51,069 bases of DNA from an uncultured Rhodospirillaceae bacterium (lineage in GTDB: Bacteria; Pseudomonadota; Alphaproteobacteria; Rhodospirillales; UBA2165): NCBI GenBank assembly GCA_964639965.1, contig CAZXGI010000011.1, forward strand, positions 1 to 51,069. The letters are read 5' to 3'. Shown one piece after another: positions 44,937 through 51,069 of the stretch (within the stretch, counting starts at the first letter, position 1; each line of letters starts with the position of its first letter). A model generated the notes under the pieces. It saw only the letters and a program-made list of their open reading frames with translations, did not search any database and had not been told where the DNA came from. The translations under genes and the position numbers were made by a program.

Positions 44937-45539
44937 TTAGTCTCCCGAAAATTCCTTTAAGCTCGTCAGACCACCAACCGGTTCACAAGTCTTACGATTT
45001 ATTTGCGAACCTGCTTTTGGTAATTTTTCAGCGCGAAGCTCCGAAATTATACTTAAAGCGCTGTCTTCGTCTAAATCTTCATAATAATCGTCATTAATTT
45101 GCATCATGGGCGCATTAACGCATGCTCCAAGACATTCGACTTCAGAGAATGTAAATAAATTATCTTCTGTTGTCTCACCGATTGAAATGTCAAGATTTGC
45201 TTTTAAAATATTTATAATTTTTTCTGAACCTCGAAGCCAACAAGGCAAATTGGTGCATACCTGAAGATGAAATTTACCGACTGGTTCAAGATTGTACATC
45301 GTATAAAAGGTTGCAACTTCATAAACAGTTATCTTCGGCATTTCCAATAAATCCGAAATATAATCCATTGCGGCACGCGGCACCCAACCCCCATTTTCCC
45401 TTTGCGCTAATTCCAATAACGGCATTACTGCGCTCGCTTGGCGTCCTATAGGATATTTCGCAATATGCTGCTTAGCTATTTTCATAGCCTTAGAATTAAA
45501 CTTAAAGGTAGTTGGTTGAGAAAATTTTATATTACTCAT
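44937..45539 (-). CDS. nuoE: NADH-quinone oxidoreductase subunit E
   Basis: This thioredoxin-like 2Fe-2S subunit contains [11 protein letters not shown] and [10 protein letters not shown]. There is an ATGA overlap with nuoD. Confidence 0.94.
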   Translation of the reverse strand: MSNIKFSQPTTFKFNSKAMKIAKQHIAKYPIGRQASAVMPLLELAQRENGGWVPRAAMDYISDLLEMPKITVYEVATFYTMYNLEPVGKFHLQVCTNLPCWLRGSEKIINILKANLDISIGETTEDNLFTFSEVECLGACVNAPMMQINDDYYEDLDEDSALSIISELRAEKLPKAGSQINRKTCEPVGGLTSLKEFSGD

Positions 45540-46714
45540 CTATCAATTTCTCCAAACACAATATCTAACGAACCAATGTTAGCAACCACATCAGCCAACA
45601 TATGACCTTTGCTTAACAAATCTAGTGCTTGTAAATGAGCAAATCCAGGTGCTCGGATTTTGCAACGATAGGGTTTGTTAGATCCATCAGCGATCAAAAA
45701 GACACCAAATTCACCTTTTGGAGCTTCAACCACAGAATAAGTCTCGCCCGATGGAACATGATATCCCTCCGTAAATAGCTTGAAATGATGGATCAAGGCT
45801 TCCATCGAATATTTCATGTCATTGCGACTAGGCGGGCTAAATTTATGGTCTTCGCACGAAACCGGGCCAGGTGGCAATTTGTTTAGGCATTGCTTAATAA
45901 TTTTTAGGGACTCGTACATTTCATAGATGCGAATTAGATAACGATCATAACAATCGCCATGTTTGGCGATCGGTACATCAAACTCAATTTTATCATAAAC
46001 GTCGTAGGGCTGGCTTTTCCGCAAATCCCAAGCTATACCACTAGCTCGAAGGTTGGGTCCGCTAAACCCCCAATCCATGGCTTGCTCAGCCGTAATGATC
46101 CCAATATTCACTGTTCTTTGTTTAAATATTCTATTCTCGGTCAACAAGCCTTCTAGATCGTTAACCATCGAGGGAAAATGTTCAACCCAGTCCATAATGT
46201 CCTCGGCCAAGCCCTCCGGCAAATCCATGGTGACCCCCCCTGGCCTAAAATATGCCATGTGGAGACGAGCGCCACTTACCCGTTCACAGAATTCCATTAA
46301 TTTTTCTCGCTCTTCAAACCCCCAAAGCATAGGTGTCATTGCTCCGACATCCATAGCATAAGCACACACGTTAAAGGTATGGTTTAAAATACGCCCGAGC
46401 TCAGCAAAAATTACACGAATATACTGACCTCGAGGAGGAACCTCCATGCTAGCTAATTTTTCCACAGCCAAGGCAAAGGCATGTTCTTGGTTTTGTGGTG
46501 CGACGTAGTCTAGACGATCAAAATAAGGAACAGCTTGCAAATAAGTTTTTTGTTCAATTAGCTTCTCTGTACCTCGATGCAACAACCCAATGTGGGGATC
46601 TGCTCGATCAACAACCTCACCATCCATTTCTAAAACGAGCCGCAATACTCCATGTGCAGCTGGATGTTGGGGACCAAAATTAAGTGTGAAATTTTTTATT
46701 TGTTGTTCTGACAT
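45536..46714 (-). CDS. nuoD: NADH-quinone oxidoreductase subunit D
   Basis: [16 protein letters not shown] and the C-terminus DIVFGEIDR are NuoD signatures. It is a separate gene from nuoC, joined by a TAATG overlap. Confidence 0.96.
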   Translation of the reverse strand: MSEQQIKNFTLNFGPQHPAAHGVLRLVLEMDGEVVDRADPHIGLLHRGTEKLIEQKTYLQAVPYFDRLDYVAPQNQEHAFALAVEKLASMEVPPRGQYIRVIFAELGRILNHTFNVCAYAMDVGAMTPMLWGFEEREKLMEFCERVSGARLHMAYFRPGGVTMDLPEGLAEDIMDWVEHFPSMVNDLEGLLTENRIFKQRTVNIGIITAEQAMDWGFSGPNLRASGIAWDLRKSQPYDVYDKIEFDVPIAKHGDCYDRYLIRIYEMYESLKIIKQCLNKLPPGPVSCEDHKFSPPSRNDMKYSMEALIHHFKLFTEGYHVPSGETYSVVEAPKGEFGVFLIADGSNKPYRCKIRAPGFAHLQALDLLSKGHMLADVVANIGSLDIVFGEIDR

Positions 46715-47361
46715 TACTCACCCTCATCAGGGGTCTCAGAAGATTTTTTGACTTTTTCATCACCAGGCAGAATTGCATTAGCCCCTTCCCAAGGACTCAA
46801 AAAGTCGAATTGACGAAATTCTTGACTTAACTTTACTGGTTCATAAATCACACGCTTCTTTTCGTCATCATAACGGAGCTCAACATAACCCGTGAGGGGG
46901 AAATCCTTTCGCAACGGATGACCGTCGAAGCCATAATCAGATAAAATACGGCGCAAATCAGAATGATCAGAGAAATATATTCCAAAAAGGTCCCAAGCTT
47001 CTCTCTCCCACCAATTTGCTGAACTAAAAACATTAGTTACTGACGGTACAGCTGAAGTAGCATCTGTTTGTACTTTTACTCTAACGCGCTGGTTCAAAGA
47101 AAGGCTTAGCAAACAATACACTATATCAAAACGGTTTTCGCGCTCTGGATAATCAACACCACAAAGTTCCATCAGCATCTTAAATTGGCAATTAGCGTCA
47201 TCCCGCAAAAAAGTAAGAACTTTCACTATAGAATCGCGTTCAGCATTTAAAACTAATTCACCCTGAATTATCTCAGTCGAAACGATAGATTCTTGAAGTT
47301 CGTTGACGACGACATTTTCCAAATCTGAAAAGTTCTGTGTATGAGAGTGGAAATCAGCCAT
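46714..47361 (-). CDS. nuoC: NADH-quinone oxidoreductase subunit C
   Basis: [26 protein letters not shown] is the NuoC signature. I preferred the ATG at 47361 over the TTG at 47397, which lies inside the end of nuoB. Confidence 0.93.
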   Translation of the reverse strand: MADFHSHTQNFSDLENVVVNELQESIVSTEIIQGELVLNAERDSIVKVLTFLRDDANCQFKMLMELCGVDYPERENRFDIVYCLLSLSLNQRVRVKVQTDATSAVPSVTNVFSSANWWEREAWDLFGIYFSDHSDLRRILSDYGFDGHPLRKDFPLTGYVELRYDDEKKRVIYEPVKLSQEFRQFDFLSPWEGANAILPGDEKVKKSSETPDEGE

Positions 47362-47387
47362 CTTTAAATTATACGAATTCCTATTAT

Positions 47388-47924
47388 TTAACGCCAAAGT
47401 TTACCAGTTCTATGAATTTTCTTTTGTAATTGTAGAATACCATAAACCAATGCTTCTGCCGTTGGAGGACAGCCAGGAACGTAAACATCTACAGGCACAA
47501 CTCGATCGCACCCACGAACTACAGAATATGAATAATGATAATAGCCACCACCATTTGCACAGGAACCCATAGATATTACATAACGAGGCTCGGCCATCTG
47601 ATCATAAATTTTACGAAATGCAGGTGCCATTTTGTTTGTTAAAGTTCCAGCGACAATTATTAAATCCGCCTGACGGGGACTTGGACGAGGCACCACACCT
47701 AAGCGATCCAAATCATAACGGCTCATATACGCATGCATCATTTCAATCGCACAACAAGCTAGGCCAAAAGTCATTGGCCATAAAGAACCTTTTCGGGCCC
47801 AGTTTACGAGATTATCAATACTCGTCACTGCAAAGCCCTTATCGCTAAGCCGATCTGTTATATGTTCAAACAATTCTTCGTGTTCAGTTTCTTCAACGAG
47901 AGTGTTCTGGTTTGTATTAATCAT
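47388..47924 (-). CDS. nuoB: NADH-quinone oxidoreductase subunit B
   Basis: [20 protein letters not shown] and VPGCPP provide the N2 cluster ligands. Confidence 0.96.
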   Translation of the reverse strand: MINTNQNTLVEETEHEELFEHITDRLSDKGFAVTSIDNLVNWARKGSLWPMTFGLACCAIEMMHAYMSRYDLDRLGVVPRPSPRQADLIIVAGTLTNKMAPAFRKIYDQMAEPRYVISMGSCANGGGYYHYSYSVVRGCDRVVPVDVYVPGCPPTAEALVYGILQLQKKIHRTGKLWR

Positions 47925-47934
47925 GCTAAATATA

Positions 47935-48300
47935 TTAATCCCACTCTAGCGCGCCTTTACGCCATTCATATATAAAACCTACTGTTAAAATACCCAAGAA
48001 TATTACCATTGACCAAAACCCGAATGACCCAATCTGGTTAAGCGTGATTGCCCAAGGAAACAAAAACGCCACCTCAAGATCGAAGATAATAAACAAAATA
48101 GCTACCAAATAAAAGCGAACGTCAAACTTTATTCTTGCATCTTCAAAAGCATCAAAACCACATTCATAAGAAGAGAGTTTTGCAGAATCGGGTTTTTGGG
48201 GCACGACGATCAACGAGAACACTGGAATGAGTGCGGCGATGCCTAAGGCTAGAAATATAAAAATCAGGATCGGCAAATATTCTACAAGTAAATTTTCCAT
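47935..48300 (-). CDS. nuoA: NADH-quinone oxidoreductase subunit A
   Basis: The 121-aa protein has three transmembrane segments and contains [39 protein letters not shown]. Confidence 0.95.
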   Translation of the reverse strand: MENLLVEYLPILIFIFLALGIAALIPVFSLIVVPQKPDSAKLSSYECGFDAFEDARIKFDVRFYLVAILFIIFDLEVAFLFPWAITLNQIGSFGFWSMVIFLGILTVGFIYEWRKGALEWD

Positions 48301-48584
48301 AAGATTTTACTTAACCAACTTTTTGTTTTTTCTCGAATACATTTTACAAATAGATGTTTGCTGTGAAGCTATCCTTATAACAATCAAAAAGCCCAAGAAA
48401 TTATCTCGCTTTTATTCCAATAACTAAATACCGTCAATGTCGATTTTGGGTAATATCATATTAGGTTCATTTGAAAACGAGATTTATCCTCCATTTTAAA
48501 AATTTGGAAGGTATCATCGTTAGATTAATCCAAATACTACAAATTGATTGATCCCACTCTAATATCACAGGTGAAGTGAAGTTT

Positions 48585-49106
48585 TTACTTCTTTCTTTTT
48601 ATCATCCACTTTCGGTACTTTTTAGCAACAGTATCACAGGGGGCCAGATACAAATTGCGGGCCATAAAAGGTCCTGCCGAACGACTATTTTTGGCTACGA
48701 CAAGACAATAATGAGGATTACTTAATGGTCTAAACTCTCTATTCTTATATTTAAATTTCTGTTTAGATGAATTAACACTACATTGAAGTAAACCAAGCGC
48801 CGCTCCCTTTAATATAGGTCCAATGATCTCTACACATTTTTCAGAATAGGTCGCAGACAAAATTTGCTTTGTTACTTTTCGGTAAAAAAATTGAACGTCG
48901 CCACCTTGAGGTTTACACGAATGTGCATGCAAACGTTCAGCAAAACCTCTGCCAATGGTATCAATGCACCAACCCAATTCGGCACTTTCATCTAAATTAT
49001 CGCTGAGATAAATCAAAGGTGCGGGTGTTTGAATGTTGGGAGAACTACTCCACGAAAATGATGGCCAAATAATGAATAAAGAGATCAAAAAAAATTTCAC
49101 TTTCAC
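48585..49106 (-). CDS. secreted hypothetical protein with a threefold Cys-containing internal repeat (ricin-B / beta-trefoil-like)
   Basis: A signal peptide (FFLISLFIIWPSFSWS) is followed by three similar segments. These are GWCIDT..LHAHSC..DVQFFY, EKCVEI..LLQCS..QKFKY and HYCLVV..LAPC..YRKWMI. Confidence 0.55.
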   Translation of the reverse strand: MKVKFFLISLFIIWPSFSWSSSPNIQTPAPLIYLSDNLDESAELGWCIDTIGRGFAERLHAHSCKPQGGDVQFFYRKVTKQILSATYSEKCVEIIGPILKGAALGLLQCSVNSSKQKFKYKNREFRPLSNPHYCLVVAKNSRSAGPFMARNLYLAPCDTVAKKYRKWMIKRKK

Positions 49107-49245
49107 CTCCCTATAGTTAACAGTTTTCGATCAAAAAATAACATTTTACCAAACTAACCACGTAAATATTTTTTTATTTTTGAATATTTATTAAAAACAA
49201 AACCCTTTTACATGATCAAAGAAATGGGATAGGAGTTCTTGTTAT

Positions 49246-50049
49246 ATGACTAAAATTATATCTACTTGTTTTTATTTTTTATTTACTATTACTACCTCTA
49301 TTTTATCGCGTTGGAAACAGCTAACCTGCAAGTCTCGCTTGTATAAGCTACTTGAACCATTTTATGAGATCCAAATTAATGGCGAAAGGCTAAAACTCTT
49401 TGTTCCTGACCGGACAAGTTTATATTGGGCAAAAACAGGACCGGACAGCGAACCGGCAACAAACAAATGGATAAATTCGTTTTCCAATACTGATGTTTTT
49501 GTCGATATTGGAGCTAACGTTGGCCTATATTCATTGATGGCTGGAATAAAAGGAGTTGCCAAAGTTTATGCTATCGAACCCAACCCTTTTTCCTTCAACG
49601 TTTTATGCCGAAATATTATTTTGAACAAGCTCAGCGACAAAATTGTCGCACTTTCCATGCCAATTACCAAAAAATCTTCAATTTCAAATTTCTCCTTAAG
49701 CAACACTCAAGCTGGGTCAGTTGGAAATGAAATTACCATGAGTAAAAATGACAAAACGAAAATTTCGATTTTAACCGGATCTTTCTCACTCGACGACTTG
49801 ATCCAACTCCAAGGTATAAGAAATATCACACACATAAAAATCGACGTTGATGGAATAGAAAAAGAAATTTTAAAGGGCGCCAATAATATTCTGTCGAGCA
49901 AAACGCTCAAATCTGTATTGATTGAAGATCCTAACGGAAACAGCGAAAAAAAGAATGACCTGGACCGATTTATGGAAAATTATAATTTCGTGAATTCAAT
50001 AGTGTGGGGTCAAGATGGAACAGAAAATAAAATATTTAATAAAAATTGA
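49246..50049 (+). CDS. FkbM-family SAM-dependent methyltransferase
   Basis: VFVDIGANVGLYSL is the SAM-binding motif I. VYAIEPNP and HIKIDVDGIEKEIL are typical of the FkbM family (TIGR01444-type). Confidence 0.8.
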   Translation: MTKIISTCFYFLFTITTSILSRWKQLTCKSRLYKLLEPFYEIQINGERLKLFVPDRTSLYWAKTGPDSEPATNKWINSFSNTDVFVDIGANVGLYSLMAGIKGVAKVYAIEPNPFSFNVLCRNIILNKLSDKIVALSMPITKKSSISNFSLSNTQAGSVGNEITMSKNDKTKISILTGSFSLDDLIQLQGIRNITHIKIDVDGIEKEILKGANNILSSKTLKSVLIEDPNGNSEKKNDLDRFMENYNFVNSIVWGQDGTENKIFNKN

Positions 50050-50089
50050 TTAGCTCAACAAAAAAAGTCAAAAGATGTAATTTATTATT

Positions 50090-50971
50090 ATGGGAAATAA
50101 GCGAAAAAAAAACGATGAGCCTGTTCATTATATGGAGCGCACGCGCCTATACTATCGTGCATTAGGATATGAGAACGATTATAAATGGGCAAAAAATAGC
50201 GTAACTCCATTTTCCAAACTTCAAAAACCATTGAATGAAGCGCAGATAGCAATCATTATAACCTCGGCTGAACCTGGAAATTATTCGGACGAGAATCCTC
50301 CGATAAGAGAGGTCTGGTCGAGACCTATCCATCAGGTTCCGGAGAACCTATATAATCAGCACCTCGCATGGGACAAAAAGACAACTCATACTCGCGACCG
50401 TGAGACGTATCTTCCAATTAATGCTATGCATAAATTGGCTAAAAAAGGGTTTATTGGTTCTATTTCTCCACGCATCCACAGTGTGCCCACGGTGTATAGT
50501 CAACGAGAAACGAATAATTATGATGCTCCAAATATTTTTACACGGCTCAAACAAGATCATGCTGACGCAGCAATACTGGTAGCTTTATGACCAGTTTGCC
50601 ATCAGACCGTGGGTTTGGTTAGCAGATATCTTGAAGAAAATTTAATACCGACAGTAGTATTAGGTTCCGCTAAAGATATCGTCGAGCACGTCGGCGTTTC
50701 CCGTTTTTTGTTTGTCGATTATCCCCTTGGAAATCCATCGGGAATTCCTTATGACCGCAACAACCAATTAGAAATAGTTGAAATGGCGTTGAATTTACTC
50801 GAAAGCACAAAAGTACCAAATACAACGATCCGGGCACCTTTTGACTGGCCGGGTAATAAAGAGTGGCGTGAGTTATACAGCCAAATTAGACATCAAGACA
50901 AAGCCGCATTGTTAGCTGAAGGGGATATTCGCAGAAAAAGGTTTTCAAAATCTTCGCCGCGTAAATTTTAA
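50090..50971 (+). CDS. GrdB/PrdB-family (glycine/sarcosine/betaine/D-proline reductase component B-like) putative selenoprotein, in-frame TGA (Sec) at 50588-50590
   Basis: ORFs 50090..50590 and 50609..50971 are in the same frame and are separated only by one TGA and six sense codons. The joined sequence reads ...DAAILVAL-U-PVCHQTVGLVSRYLEENLIPTVVLGS...FLFVDYPLGNPSGIPYD. It has a UxxC motif and a PLGNP motif resembling GrdB. Confidence 0.7.
50594..50627 (+). promoter_or_regulatory. candidate bacterial SECIS hairpin
   Basis: A stem-loop starts 4 nt after the TGA. The lower stem is G94-U27, U95-A26, U96-G25, U97-A24, G98-C23 and C99-G22. After a small internal loop, the upper stem is A601-U619, U602-G618, C603-G617, A604-U616, G605-U615, A606-U614 and C607-G613. 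The apical loop contains GU (50609-50610), about 20 nt after the UGA. Confidence 0.45.
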
Positions 50972-51069
50972 GATAAAACCAACACCATCTAGAGAAGTTG
51001 GAAAATATCCTGCAGCATAAATTAATTGCCGTACCCTACCCCACTGCCACGCTAACCTAGACTAATAGA

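Noticed and set aside
50588-50590. The in-frame TGA might reflect a reassigned genetic code (TGA read as Trp or Gly) or simply two separate genes.
   Set aside because: TGA terminates several well-defined genes in this window at positions expected from family lengths (gltX, nuoD, nuoG, cdsA), so the code is standard. A two-gene model needs an unsupported GTG start and splits a contiguous GrdB-like motif region. A pseudogene remains a formal alternative and is listed under the finding's refutation criteria.
51000-51069. A locally GC-rich patch (gccgtaccctaccccactgccacgctaacc) sits at the window end. I checked it as a possible tRNA (including selC), a riboswitch start or another RNA gene. A weak CCAAC/GTTGG hairpin also follows the selenoprotein stop.
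   Set aside because: I could build no cloverleaf on either strand, with no T-loop GTTCGA-type motif and no complementary D-stem. It matches no riboswitch core I know. The patch is truncated by the window edge, so it cannot be evaluated.
1-51069. I searched for mobile elements, CRISPR repeats, toxin-antitoxin pairs, restriction-modification or other defence systems, prophage genes, and rRNA or tRNA genes.
   Set aside because: Every ORF longer than about 130 aa is accounted for by a conserved housekeeping family or by the few hypotheticals listed. By eye I noticed no tandem or interspaced repeats and no terminal inverted repeats. A computational repeat search would be needed to be certain.

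Overview
AT-rich, very densely packed 51-kb core chromosomal segment that looks alphaproteobacterial. Supporting evidence is an LpxI-type lipid A gene between lpxA and lpxB, a GAAC-N7-GAAC SOS box upstream of lexA, a 14-gene nuoA-N operon with separate nuoC and nuoD, and a class-typical gene order. That order is trpD-trpC-moaC-moeA-lexA-gltX-gltA, then on the minus strand gloA, lpxB-lpxI-lpxA-fabZ-lpxD-skp-bamA-rseP-dxr-cdsA-uppS-frr-pyrH-tsf-rpsB, then dnaE-lolD-lolC/E-proS, tag, and rnj-coaX-birA-nuoN..nuoA. Low GC (judged by eye, not computed) and abutting or overlapping stop/start codons suggest a streamlined, probably marine, lineage, but I cannot name the organism. I saw no rRNA, tRNA, CRISPR array, transposase, integrase, phage or recognisable defence genes. 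Almost everything is housekeeping. The one unusual locus is at the right end (48.5-51 kb). There, two ORFs in the supplied track are one reading frame interrupted by a single in-frame TGA, in a U-x-x-C context with a hairpin just downstream. This fits a GrdB/PrdB-family selenoprotein. It sits next to an FkbM-type methyltransferase and a secreted beta-trefoil-like protein, with no other glycine or proline reductase subunits visible. Minor items are the lexA promoter and operator architecture, a possible structured rpsB leader, and three small secreted hypothetical proteins.
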